Virus record (IMG/VR): IMGVR_UViG_3300042549_007727
From: a virus
Length of the DNA stretch: 64,000 nucleotides
Reading direction: 5' to 3' (one strand)
Shown: positions 18,238 to 27,455 of the stretch, piece after piece
Layout: every line of letters begins with the position of its first letter
Numbering within the stretch: the stretch's first letter is position 1
Translations under genes and position numbers: made by a program
Notes under the pieces: generated by a model
The model's input: the letters and a program-made list of their open reading frames with translations, nothing else
What the model was told of the DNA's origin: nothing
Databases searched by the model: none

Positions 18238-20061
18238 ATGACATCAGGACTTGAGGGAGTTCAACTAAACCTAGTCAACACCGTTGATGAGGCACAGAAG
18301 TTTATCTCTTGGCTTGGCGAGCGCCGACCACACAATGCAATCGCTATTGACACCGAAACCGGTGAACTTCCAGGCAAGCCTCGCGCCCATGCCCTTTCGC
18401 CTTGGCATGGTCGGCTACGTCTAGTTCAAGTTGGCGATGGGATGACCGGGTGGTCTATCCCATGGGATCAGTGGAAGGGCGTCTTCTACGAAGCAATGGA
18501 AAAGTTTGATGGCCCTATTGTTTGTCACAATGTTGCCTTCGAAGCCAGATGGTTTGATGTCCAGTCCGAGTGGTCGATCCCTTGGCACCGTGTCCACGAC
18601 ACAATGATTATGGCTCAGTTGGTAGACCCGCTAGGTTCGGGAGCCCTAAAAACTCTTACTCAGAAATATATTGATCCTCAGGCTGCAAGATTGCAGTCGG
18701 TTTTAGATGATGGACTAACTGATAATGGTTGGACATGGGGCTCAGTGCCAATTGAGTTTGAGCCTTACTGGTCATATGGCGCACTAGATCCTGTCCTAAC
18801 TATGCGTTTGTGGGAAAAATTCTGGCCTACTTTTCAGCCAGGAGCTATGTATAGCTACCCCTACGAGCTAGAAATGAATACCCGCAGAATTGTTACACGT
18901 ATGGAAATAAACGGTGCAAGAGTCGATGTTGACTACTCACAAAAGAAATACGATGAACTACTTCAATATACAGATCAGGTTCGAATCTGGGGGGAGTCTA
19001 CATACAACGGAATGTCTATTGGAAGTAATCAGCAGCTGGTGGCTCAGTTTGAAAAACTTGGCGCTGAAATCACAGAAAAAACAGCAACTGGTAGAAAGTC
19101 TGCTTCCGCGGAGCAGCTGCAGATTCTTTCAATTAGTGGTACCCCTGAGGTTAAGCAGCTAGCAGATACAGCCTTAAAGTATAGAAAAGCAGGAAAGCTT
19201 GCCTCTACTTATTTCTTAAACTTCTTAAACGATAACGTAAACGGTTTTGTACATCCGTCTGTAAAAACCATGGGCGCTCGTACTGGACGTATGTCTATTC
19301 AGAACCCCGCACTGCAAACTCTACCAAAGGGCGATGACACAGTTCGTCGCGCATTCTTGCCTAAGGATGATGACCACGTAATTGTCACCTCCGACCTTGA
19401 CCAGGTTGAGTTCCGCATGTTCGCATCTCTTTCTGAGGACCCAAACCTGATTCAACTATTCAATCTTGCAGATGCAACTGGCTCTGACCCGTTTACAGAA
19501 ATTGGTAGGGAGATTTACCAGGACCCAAGCATGCAAAAAACAGACAAGAGACGATCTCTAATTAAGGGTGTGATCTACGGTCGTCTATATGGGGCCGGAG
19601 TTGCTAAACAAGCTATTACCGCTGGTGTTCCTGAAGAACAGATGCGTCAGGTTTCAAATGAGTTTGATCGAAAGTTCCCCGGTATGCAGAAGTTCCAAAG
19701 GAAAATTGAAAGTATAGGAACTAAAAGACTAGAAATCGAAGGCCGAGGCTATGTATCTACTTGGACTGGTAGACAGCTACCGTGCGATGACGATAAGGTA
19801 TACACTCTTGTCAATTACTTGGTACAGGGTGGTGCTGCAGAAGTCTTTAAATCGAACCTAATAAAACTAGACCAAGCCGATTTGACCGAGCTTTTAATTG
19901 TTCCGGTACACGATGAAATTGTTCTAAATGCTCCTAGAGAAGACGCCGAAGAGATAAAAAGAATAGTAAAAGAATGTATGACTACAACTCAAGGTTGGGC
20001 GGTTCCTCTTACTGCTGGTGTAGATGGTCCTCTAGAGAACTGGGGCTCCAAGTATGCGTAA
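18238..20061 (+). CDS. polA: DNA polymerase family A with 3'-5' exonuclease
   Basis: ExoI IDTET, HNVAFE, TGRMS..NPALQTLP, motif A SDLDQVEFR, motif B RSLIKGVIYGRLYG, motif C VHDE. Confidence 0.95.
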   Translation: MTSGLEGVQLNLVNTVDEAQKFISWLGERRPHNAIAIDTETGELPGKPRAHALSPWHGRLRLVQVGDGMTGWSIPWDQWKGVFYEAMEKFDGPIVCHNVAFEARWFDVQSEWSIPWHRVHDTMIMAQLVDPLGSGALKTLTQKYIDPQAARLQSVLDDGLTDNGWTWGSVPIEFEPYWSYGALDPVLTMRLWEKFWPTFQPGAMYSYPYELEMNTRRIVTRMEINGARVDVDYSQKKYDELLQYTDQVRIWGESTYNGMSIGSNQQLVAQFEKLGAEITEKTATGRKSASAEQLQILSISGTPEVKQLADTALKYRKAGKLASTYFLNFLNDNVNGFVHPSVKTMGARTGRMSIQNPALQTLPKGDDTVRRAFLPKDDDHVIVTSDLDQVEFRMFASLSEDPNLIQLFNLADATGSDPFTEIGREIYQDPSMQKTDKRRSLIKGVIYGRLYGAGVAKQAITAGVPEEQMRQVSNEFDRKFPGMQKFQRKIESIGTKRLEIEGRGYVSTWTGRQLPCDDDKVYTLVNYLVQGGAAEVFKSNLIKLDQADLTELLIVPVHDEIVLNAPREDAEEIKRIVKECMTTTQGWAVPLTAGVDGPLENWGSKYA

Positions 20062-20155
20062 AAGAACACTTGGCTATCCTTGCAGACGCCATAGAATCAG
20101 GTTTACAGGCAGCTACTGCCCCAAATGCTACCTAGAAAGACAGGCAAAACGATGA
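20054..20155 (+). CDS. 33-aa basic C/H-rich microprotein (putative zinc finger)
   Basis: MRKRTLGYPCRRHRIRFTGSYCPKCYLERQAKR*. Its start overlaps the polA stop and its stop overlaps the next ATG (ATGA). It is below the ORF-track size cutoff. Confidence 0.5.
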   Translation: MRKRTLGYPCRRHRIRFTGSYCPKCYLERQAKR

Positions 20156-20619
20156 CTAAATACGTTCTATCTGTAGACCCTGGAAAGGCCACTGGAATGG
20201 CCCTATTTAGCCTCCAGACGGGCCAGGAGCCCGTTTTAGAGTGGTCTGGGGAGTTCCAACAGCACGAATATGCAGAGCCTATACGGGCCGTTCTTAGTAA
20301 TCCTGATATAGCGGACAATCTGACAGTAGTCTGCGAGCGGTTTACTATAAATGCCCAAACTCTAAGGAATTCTCAGTCTCCATTTAGCTTAGAACAGATA
20401 GGCATACTCAAGCAGTGCATATTAGATGCCGATAAAAATCCTGAAGAAATAGTATTTCAAGCCCCTGCTGATGCTAAGGCTATGTTTCCTAACGAGGCGC
20501 TTAAATTCTTAGAGTATTGGCACCGAGGAGGCGAGGGTCACGCGCTAGATGCAATCCGACACGCCCTACTGAGACTTGTAAAACTTGGATGGAAGCCAGT
20601 AAAACTGCTTGAAAGATAG
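20152..20619 (+). CDS. RuvC-like Holliday junction resolvase
   Basis: VLSVDPGKATG...VVCERF...HALDAIRH RNase H-fold catalytic pattern. Start reassigned to ATG 20152. Confidence 0.75.
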   Translation: MTKYVLSVDPGKATGMALFSLQTGQEPVLEWSGEFQQHEYAEPIRAVLSNPDIADNLTVVCERFTINAQTLRNSQSPFSLEQIGILKQCILDADKNPEEIVFQAPADAKAMFPNEALKFLEYWHRGGEGHALDAIRHALLRLVKLGWKPVKLLER

Positions 20620-20636
20620 GTATTATCAAAAAACAC

Positions 20637-20665
20637 TTGCGCAAGTAGTTTTTTTCTGATACTGT
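20637..20665 (+). promoter_or_regulatory. putative promoter for helicase operon overlapped by inverted repeat
   Basis: TTGCGC-17 nt-TACTGT with a TGn extension. The palindrome ACTTGCGCAAGT covers the -35. Confidence 0.5.
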
Positions 20666-20695
20666 CTAAATACGTAATGACGAAATGGAGGCCAC

Positions 20696-22507
20696 GTGCC
20701 TGTACATGTTGAGCTTGATGACTCTTCTACTCACATTCAGATAACCGCTGAGTGGAGATTGAAAGAGATCTGTAGAGCACTACCGGGGTCTACTTGGAGT
20801 GCTAAAGATCAGGTTTGGCGCATTCCGGTTTCTTGGACTGGGTGCCTAGCTTTGCGTTCTACTTTTAAAGAAGAGCTTACTATTGGACCGCGCCTAGGGG
20901 CATGGGCTAAGAATGAACGAGAATCTCGGATTGACCCTAGCAACCTGCTCAGAGACATAGAAGTACAGGAAGACGGAGACCAAGACTTATTTCCTCATCA
21001 AAGAGCTGGCGTTGATTTTCTTGTAAAGTCCCGTAGAGCGCTCCTAGCTGATGAGCCCGGGCTAGGTAAAACCGCCCAGGCTATTCGAGCTCTAAAGAAA
21101 ATGTTTGACGAAGGTCAGGAAGTTTTCCCGGCTCTAGTTGTTTGCCCCAACACCTTGAAAAGCAACTGGGAACGAGAGTTTGACAGATGGTGGCCAGGTG
21201 TCAATGTTTCTGTTGTTAAAGGTAGCGCCATTCAGCGCAAAAAAGCTTTTGAAGAAAAAGCTGATGTCTATGTAATTAACTGGGAGTCTCTGCGCACCCA
21301 CTCTAAGCTTTTGTCTTACGGATCTATAGCTCTGGCCCGTTGTGAAGACTGTGGTGGGCACGACTCTAGAGTCACAGTAAATAGGTGTGAGGTACATCCT
21401 CGCGAACTAAACCTTACAGATTTCAAGTCTGTAATTGCTGACGAAATTCACCGCTCAAAAGACCCTAAATCTAAGCAGACTCGTGCTCTTTGGGCAGCAA
21501 CTGGAGAAGCTGACATTAGATACGCCCTGACTGGTACTCCTATTGCTAACGATGTTGTTGACCTTTGGCCTATCCTTCATTGGCTAGACCCAAAGGAGTG
21601 GCCTAGCAAGACAAAGTGGATTGACAGGTACGTAGATACCATGATTAATGCCTTCGGTGGCATGATGGTTATTGGCCTCAAGCCGACAATGACGGAAGAG
21701 TTCTATGCCGGCATTAACCCACGCATGCGTCGTATGCTCAAAGCTAAAGTGCTTCCTTGGCTCCCTAAAGTTATGACCGAGCGCCGAGATGTAGAGATGG
21801 GGGCTAAACAGGCTAAGGCGTACAAGCAGATGTTGCAGAACATGATTGCCATGCTAGAAAATGACGAGGGAGTTACTGGTGATGCTCTAGTTGCTCCAAA
21901 CCCCCTAACGCAGACAATCAGACTGCTTCAGTTTGCTAATGCTTACGCTCAAATTGAAATCTCTGAGGCTGGCGAAGAGCAAGTAATTTTGTCAGACCCT
22001 TCTTGTAAGGTTGATGCTCTAATGGATGACATGAAAAATGGTGACTTTGGAGATGATTCCGTAGCTGTTTGTGCAGTGTCTAGGCAACTTATAGACATTC
22101 TTAGTGCCAGACTCACAAAAGAAGGCATAGCTCATGGGCTGATTACAGGGGCCCAGGACGGCGATGAAAGACAAAAATCTATTGACGACTTTCAAGCCGG
22201 AAAAACTAAGTGGATCCTATTTACTGCTCAGGCTGGTGGAGTTGGAGTCACCTTGACAAAAGCTCGCCGTCTTGTTATGCTTCAAAGACCTTGGTCTCTT
22301 GTTGATTACAAGCAGGCTTTGGACCGTGTCCACCGCATTGGGTCTGAGATTCATGACTCAATCATTATCACAGACTATGTAACAGAAGGCAGTATCGAAG
22401 AAAGAGTTATTCAAGCTTTGGACGTAAAATCTGATAACTTTGAGCAGATTGTAAAAGACAAAGTAAAACTACTTGAAATGCTAAAGAACGGAATACCGAA
22501 GACATAA
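20696..22507 (+). CDS. SNF2-family DNA helicase
   Basis: LLADEPGLGKT, DEIH, LTGTP, AGGVGVTLT, QALDRVHRIG. GTG start behind GGAGG. Confidence 0.92.
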   Translation: MPVHVELDDSSTHIQITAEWRLKEICRALPGSTWSAKDQVWRIPVSWTGCLALRSTFKEELTIGPRLGAWAKNERESRIDPSNLLRDIEVQEDGDQDLFPHQRAGVDFLVKSRRALLADEPGLGKTAQAIRALKKMFDEGQEVFPALVVCPNTLKSNWEREFDRWWPGVNVSVVKGSAIQRKKAFEEKADVYVINWESLRTHSKLLSYGSIALARCEDCGGHDSRVTVNRCEVHPRELNLTDFKSVIADEIHRSKDPKSKQTRALWAATGEADIRYALTGTPIANDVVDLWPILHWLDPKEWPSKTKWIDRYVDTMINAFGGMMVIGLKPTMTEEFYAGINPRMRRMLKAKVLPWLPKVMTERRDVEMGAKQAKAYKQMLQNMIAMLENDEGVTGDALVAPNPLTQTIRLLQFANAYAQIEISEAGEEQVILSDPSCKVDALMDDMKNGDFGDDSVAVCAVSRQLIDILSARLTKEGIAHGLITGAQDGDERQKSIDDFQAGKTKWILFTAQAGGVGVTLTKARRLVMLQRPWSLVDYKQALDRVHRIGSEIHDSIIITDYVTEGSIEERVIQALDVKSDNFEQIVKDKVKLLEMLKNGIPKT

Positions 22508-23448
22508 TGACAACTACAGAGCCAATTAAAATCTCTAACTCAGAGATTCAAACATTTAAAGATTGCCGACGCCGTTGGTGGCTGACTTATTACCGTCGCT
22601 TAAAGCCAAAAATGAAGGATTACACTGGAGCACTGGCTTTAGGTTCCCGCATTCACGAAGCCTTAGACCGTCACTACTCTACTGGTATTGACCTATTAGA
22701 TGCTCATGCCGAGTTAATCAAGGAAGACATCAAGAAGATGACTGATGCTAACCGCGATACCTCGAGCCTGGAGACAGAAGCCGAACTTGGCCGAGTCATG
22801 CTTGAGGGCTACTTAGAGTGGGTTGAGCTTGAAGGCATTGATGCTGAACTTGAAATGATTTCTACAGAAGAAATTCTTGAGCGTTCAATGATGGACGGCA
22901 AGGTTATTCTTCAGGGAAAGATTGATATGCGTGTCCGCCGTAAGATTGACGGTGCTCGCATGATCCGAGACTTTAAGACTGTCGGTGGTTCTTTTGCTGA
23001 CTTCGGTGCAATGGCACACATGAACGAGCAGGTTAAAACCTACATGCTTCTGGACGAAGCTCAGGAGCAAGATGAGGACGGCGCTAGAACCGACGGTGCC
23101 ATCTTCACAATGCTGCGGAAAGTCAAGCGTGGTGCTTATGCAAAGCCACCGTTCTATGACCAGATCGAGGTTCGTCACAACAGATTTACTTTACGTGCTT
23201 TCCTAGAGCAAGTGGAGGGTACATTTGAGGACATGCTTCGCGTTCGTGACGCGTTGGATGCCGGAGGGAGTCACTACAAAAATGCATACCCGACTCCAAC
23301 CAAAGACTGCAAATGGAAGTGCCAATTTTTCGCTATCTGCCCGCTGTTTGACGACGGCTCGGCAGCAGAGGCCGCTCTGAGCGATTCGTTTGAGTCAGCC
23401 GACCCATACGGTTATTACGGAATCGAAGAGAAGAAAGGAAGTGAGTAA
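22507..23448 (+). CDS. PD-(D/E)XK exonuclease (RecB/Cas4-like)
   Basis: ISNSEIQTFKDCRRRW, GSRIHEAL, LQGKID...DFKT, and C-terminal C..C....C. Confidence 0.85.
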   Translation: MTTTEPIKISNSEIQTFKDCRRRWWLTYYRRLKPKMKDYTGALALGSRIHEALDRHYSTGIDLLDAHAELIKEDIKKMTDANRDTSSLETEAELGRVMLEGYLEWVELEGIDAELEMISTEEILERSMMDGKVILQGKIDMRVRRKIDGARMIRDFKTVGGSFADFGAMAHMNEQVKTYMLLDEAQEQDEDGARTDGAIFTMLRKVKRGAYAKPPFYDQIEVRHNRFTLRAFLEQVEGTFEDMLRVRDALDAGGSHYKNAYPTPTKDCKWKCQFFAICPLFDDGSAAEAALSDSFESADPYGYYGIEEKKGSE

Positions 23449-24215
23449 TGGCAAATGCAGTTGATCGCAGTTTAACAATTATGGTTTATGGCGAATCAAA
23501 GGTTGGCAAGTCCAGCTTTGCTGTAACAGCCCCATACCCACGCCTCATGCTAGACGTTGAAGGTGGACATCGTTTCCTACCTATCAACGTAAAGTATTGG
23601 GATCCGCTAACTGAGGAGCCACCTCAAGCTGATGGAACTTGGGACACTGTTGTGGTCCAAGTCCGTGAATATGACGTAGTCATAAAGGCTTTTCAGTGGC
23701 TTCAGTCAGGTAAGCACCAGTTCAAGTCCTTAATTATCGACTCAATCTCTGAGTTGCAGGTTAAGTGCATGGACAACATTGCAGGAACCGAACAAATGAA
23801 GATGCAACAGTGGGGCGAACTACTTCGCCACATGGGTGCACTACTTCGTGACCTTCGTGACTTGACAATGCACCCGACCCAGCCTCTCGAGGCTGTAATA
23901 CTGACTGCTATGGCACGTAAGGGTCAGGATGGCGTATACCGTCCTTACCTACAGGGTCAGCTAGCAATTCAGGCACCGTATTTCTACGACATCCTGGGAG
24001 CTATCACGGTAGAGACAATGCCGAACCCAGATCCGCTACAGCAACCATTCCAAGTACGCCGCATGTATGTTGAGCGCACTCCGGAATATGAAGCTGGAGA
24101 GCGTGTTCAGGGCCGTCTAGGAAAAATAGTAGAGCAAGGCGACCTAGGTGTAGAACGCATGCTCGATAAGGTCTTTGGAGAAAAGACTGCAACAACAAGC
24201 AAGAAATCAAGTTAA
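23448..24215 (+). CDS. AAA ATPase (Sak4/AAA_24-like recombination protein)
   Basis: YGESKVGKS Walker A, LDVEGG and IIDSISE; located between the exonuclease and SSB. Confidence 0.85.
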   Translation: MANAVDRSLTIMVYGESKVGKSSFAVTAPYPRLMLDVEGGHRFLPINVKYWDPLTEEPPQADGTWDTVVVQVREYDVVIKAFQWLQSGKHQFKSLIIDSISELQVKCMDNIAGTEQMKMQQWGELLRHMGALLRDLRDLTMHPTQPLEAVILTAMARKGQDGVYRPYLQGQLAIQAPYFYDILGAITVETMPNPDPLQQPFQVRRMYVERTPEYEAGERVQGRLGKIVEQGDLGVERMLDKVFGEKTATTSKKSS

Positions 24216-24231
24216 GGAGATATAAAGCCAT

Positions 24232-24750
24232 ATGAGCACAACAAACTGGGCAGAGCTGATCAAGAAATCAGGCGATGTCGCGTCAAACACAAACTACGAG
24301 CCACTGCCAGACGGTGACTACGAGTTAAAGATAGTTAAGGTTGAAGCAGTTGTAACATCAACTGGTAAGCCTATGTTTAAGGTAACTAATGAAGTACAAG
24401 GTGGTCCGTACGCTAACCGCAAGGTTTGGGACAATCTAGTTGTTACCCACGACAACCCGAAGGCAATGGACATGTTCTTTATGAAGGTTATTGCCATGGG
24501 CCTTACCAAGCCCTTCTTCGAGTCTAACCCTACCGATGCTCAGATTGAGCAGGCACTAACTGGTAGGACTTTCCGTGCAAATATCGGACTAAGAACCTAT
24601 GAGGGTAAGGACAGTAACGAGATCAAGAAGTACTTCCCTGGACAGGCGGCTGCAACTGCACCGTCTACTGGCGGAGCTGCAGTACCACCACCACCACCAG
24701 CGCCACCAGCAGCACCAGTATCTCCAGTAAGTTCCGAAACACCGTTCTAA
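24232..24750 (+). CDS. ssDNA-binding protein (DUF669-like)
   Basis: YEPLPDGDY...STGKPM...GGPYANRKVWDNL...NEIKKY, with a Pro-rich tail ending in PF. Confidence 0.75.
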   Translation: MSTTNWAELIKKSGDVASNTNYEPLPDGDYELKIVKVEAVVTSTGKPMFKVTNEVQGGPYANRKVWDNLVVTHDNPKAMDMFFMKVIAMGLTKPFFESNPTDAQIEQALTGRTFRANIGLRTYEGKDSNEIKKYFPGQAAATAPSTGGAAVPPPPPAPPAAPVSPVSSETPF

Positions 24751-24760
24751 ACATATAACT

Positions 24761-24793
24761 AAGCGGGGCATCTAATTGGTGCCCCGCTTTTTT
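24761..24793 (+). terminator. intrinsic terminator
   Basis: AAGCGGGGCATC-TAATT-GGTGCCCCGCTT followed by a T run. Confidence 0.85.
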
Positions 24794-24807
24794 AGTTAGA
24801 GGCAGAG

Positions 24808-25821
24808 ATGAAAATTTTATTCACAGGCATGGCGTCGTCCCACTGCTCACCCATAGACAACGTAAGTTTCTTTAGTACAGTAGCTAAAGCTGTAGAAACA
24901 ACCTCGGAAGTCGTTTGGGATACGCCTAAAATTTCATGGACAAAAGACGAGTTAGATAGTTTTGATCTAATATTTTTTGGTTTTATACCTCCCACTGCTT
25001 TAAGCGCAAATAAGATATATGGCGCTATGCATGTACTTGGTCTAATGTTTGACTCACCTAAATTAAGACTCGTGGTTGATGGACATCAAGTTTGGCAGTA
25101 TAAAAACAGTATTGAGATGGTTAAAAGAGACGTTTCAAGTCTGTTTAGTAGTTTTTATTCAAAGAGGGCAGAATACTCTTCTGCTAAAGACCCCTCTAAC
25201 AGGGACTATATAGATCTTGCTTCAAAATATTTTGCTTCTGAGGTGTGGCCAATAACTTACTACCCAAAGCTGCCTTGGACATCCCACGAAAAGGCCGTTG
25301 CTTCTTTGGGCTTCGGCACTAAGGAAAGATTTGTTGGAGTCTCTCTTGACTCTATATTGATAAATCCTGAACCTTACAGTATGTCTACTAGAGGAGATTT
25401 TTGGTCGGTGGACAACCACAAAAGTGTGTGGCTAAAAAAGCTAGAGCCATCTATAAGACGCCCAGTCTACCCACTAAAGCCTGGCAGACTTTTGACTGAT
25501 AAGGAAGCTATAACCTCCATGCGAGAGTCTCTGGGACTAATTATTGCTCCCCAAGACCGCGGTGTAGGGTCTTGGTGGTCCTATAGATATATTCAAGCCC
25601 TAAACTCAAACACACCTGTGGCCACCAACTGGATAGACGCGGCCGGCTACAGCGAATCCTGGTCGCATCTGGCTTATCAGATCGAAGACATGGACTATAG
25701 CCAAAGGCTGTTAGTTGCAAAAAATCAGCTAGAATCGTACCAAGCTTCTTTACAAGATAAAAAACAGACAATTGATGCCTTTATGGCAGGTATACTAGAA
25801 TTAGATTCGGAGAGGATTTAA
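24808..25821 (+). CDS. putative GT-B fold glycosyltransferase-like protein
   Basis: MKILFTG Rossmann-type start, FDLIFFG, and C-terminal GLIIAP...WWSYRYIQAL..NTPV resembling GT-B C-lobes. The CDS is clear; the function is tentative. Confidence 0.45.
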   Translation: MKILFTGMASSHCSPIDNVSFFSTVAKAVETTSEVVWDTPKISWTKDELDSFDLIFFGFIPPTALSANKIYGAMHVLGLMFDSPKLRLVVDGHQVWQYKNSIEMVKRDVSSLFSSFYSKRAEYSSAKDPSNRDYIDLASKYFASEVWPITYYPKLPWTSHEKAVASLGFGTKERFVGVSLDSILINPEPYSMSTRGDFWSVDNHKSVWLKKLEPSIRRPVYPLKPGRLLTDKEAITSMRESLGLIIAPQDRGVGSWWSYRYIQALNSNTPVATNWIDAAGYSESWSHLAYQIEDMDYSQRLLVAKNQLESYQASLQDKKQTIDAFMAGILELDSERI

Positions 25822-26259
25822 ATGCCAGAACTAAACCACGAGTGGGTAAAGCAGCAGCTGGAAGCTGCAAAGGTTAAGGTTGGGTCAGCGAAGGCCACCC
25901 TTAAATTGCTAAGCACCTGGGAAGAGCTGCCAGCCCTATCCCCTGCAATACTAAAAGAAGTTTTAGACATATTCCCAAAGCTAGTCAGAGGAACACCTTT
26001 AACTGAAGAAGAGTCGGAAGAGGACTACTACTGGGACGATCTACAGCCAGGAAATATTACCGTAGGCGATGTAGTTCGAGTTAAGCAAGATGCGTTTATG
26101 GAGAAGCTAGGAACAATACACAATGGCAGGCGTGGCAGTGTTGTTGGCGTAAGATATGGTGACGTAATCTTCAACGACACTGATGGAAAAAATCCGCCGC
26201 TTAAGGGCGTTCACTACTCTCCGTACAAATTAGAAAAGCGACTTAGAAAGGCCAACTAG
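25822..26259 (+). CDS. hypothetical protein with SH3/KOW-like C-terminal domain
   Basis: ITVGDVVRVK...HNGRRGSVVGVRYGDV. RBS GAGGA. Confidence 0.6.
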   Translation: MPELNHEWVKQQLEAAKVKVGSAKATLKLLSTWEELPALSPAILKEVLDIFPKLVRGTPLTEEESEEDYYWDDLQPGNITVGDVVRVKQDAFMEKLGTIHNGRRGSVVGVRYGDVIFNDTDGKNPPLKGVHYSPYKLEKRLRKAN

Positions 26260-26507
26260 TGAGAACTAGTTTTGAGCTAAAAATAATTGCAGCTAATCTA
26301 GAAGAAGCAAAGCAAACTGCCATAGAGGAGATTGCTGCTTTTCTTCGCATAAAACAAGAGGAAGTCTTGGATCAAGTAAGCATAGAGCTTAAAGTCTCAT
26401 ACGCTGAAGCAAAGACTAGAGAAGAAATTGCTGAAGAAGTGGACAAGATGGACTTCGTTGTGACAGTTTTTGCATCAGTAAAACAGAGTGTTGTAAAGCC
26501 TTTTTAG
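26259..26507 (+). CDS. hypothetical protein
   Basis: Coupled to the upstream stop (TAGTG). Confidence 0.55.
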   Translation: MRTSFELKIIAANLEEAKQTAIEEIAAFLRIKQEEVLDQVSIELKVSYAEAKTREEIAEEVDKMDFVVTVFASVKQSVVKPF

Positions 26508-26513
26508 CTTTAT

Positions 26514-26542
26514 TTGACTTTTTGCTTAATGCTAGGTATAGT
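26514..26542 (+). promoter_or_regulatory. sigma70/SigA-type promoter
   Basis: TTGACT-17 nt-TATAGT, intergenic, upstream of the glycosylase. Confidence 0.65.
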
Positions 26543-26570
26543 CTAAGTAGCTTTCTGAAAGGAACTATTT

Positions 26571-27059
26571 ATGCAGACATTTGTGCCAATTACCGACTCG
26601 TTTGAAGATATCGCAAAAGTGCTAGACAACAAGCGACTTAATAAGCAAGCCTTAGAGGGCTGGCAAATTCTTATGAACTTGCTACAGCTCGATCCTCAGG
26701 GGCAACACAGAATCTCTAAAGGGTGGTCAAACCATCCGGCTGTAAAAATGTGGAGGGGTCACGAGACGGCGCTCTACTTATATATACAAGCTATGGTAGC
26801 CGAGTGGAAAAAGCGTGGCTACAAATCCACTATTGGTGATAAAGCAAAAGCCACTATGTCTACTGCTTTAAAGCTGGGCTTACTGCCAGACACGGCTTGC
26901 AACCCTTTTTGGATTTCATCTAATGAGACATTTTCTGAGATTGCTGCTAGCCACCGCTTGGCCCTTCTCAGTAAAGACTATGAGTGGTATTCGCAGTTTA
27001 AGTGGCCGGAAGATCGTGGAGTTCGACCAGAAACCTATGAATATGTCTGGCCAGTTTAA
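26571..27059 (+). CDS. pyrimidine dimer DNA glycosylase / endonuclease V family (MSMEG_6728-like)
   Basis: MQTFVP...LDNKRLNKQALE..QIL...GWSNHPAVKMWRG.E.AL..Y...SHR..LL.KD..WY...YVWP. Confidence 0.85.
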   Translation: MQTFVPITDSFEDIAKVLDNKRLNKQALEGWQILMNLLQLDPQGQHRISKGWSNHPAVKMWRGHETALYLYIQAMVAEWKKRGYKSTIGDKAKATMSTALKLGLLPDTACNPFWISSNETFSEIAASHRLALLSKDYEWYSQFKWPEDRGVRPETYEYVWPV

Positions 27060-27107
27060 TTTGTAATTTACGGTATAGTACATAAAACTTGACTTTAGAA
27101 TCTTAAT

Positions 27108-27455
27108 ATGAAAGATTCTAGAGCCGGTGAGTCCCTTTGGTCATTGTGGGAGGGCGAAGGCTACGTTAGTGAGCTTGGTAGCCACATTGTGTACTATACC
27201 GAAGGTCATGTAGATGTTGATCACGAAGTTGTCGGAAAAGCATTAGCCTCCGTCATACAAAGAGACGGCATTGTCTACTCACTATTTGAGGCTTATACAC
27301 TTATAGATAGCGGCGTCTCTTCCCAGGGGTGGGCAGGCTCTTTTACTGGTGAAATGTATCAAGAAGTCTGCGATGAGGGTGGCCTTACTTCCTACGGATC
27401 TTTGGTTGATAATTTAGTGCCTGTAACTTTTGTCGAGGTACCAAACTTTGTTTGA
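27108..27455 (+). CDS. acidic hypothetical protein, probably leaderless
   Basis: TAGAAT (27096-27101) lies 6 nt before the ATG, with no SD. Confidence 0.6.
   Translation: MKDSRAGESLWSLWEGEGYVSELGSHIVYYTEGHVDVDHEVVGKALASVIQRDGIVYSLFEAYTLIDSGVSSQGWAGSFTGEMYQEVCDEGGLTSYGSLVDNLVPVTFVEVPNFV

Noticed and set aside
20125-20151. ORF-track starts at 1117, 20125, 27430, 30180, 39369 and 54661
   Set aside because: Downstream starts (1150, 20152, 27448, 30156, 39354, 54640) have SD sequences or stop/start overlaps and avoid long overlaps.
22507-23448. Cas4-like gene as evidence of a CRISPR-Cas system
   Set aside because: It is a stand-alone phage exonuclease in an exonuclease-ATPase-SSB recombination module. 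No other cas genes or array are present.
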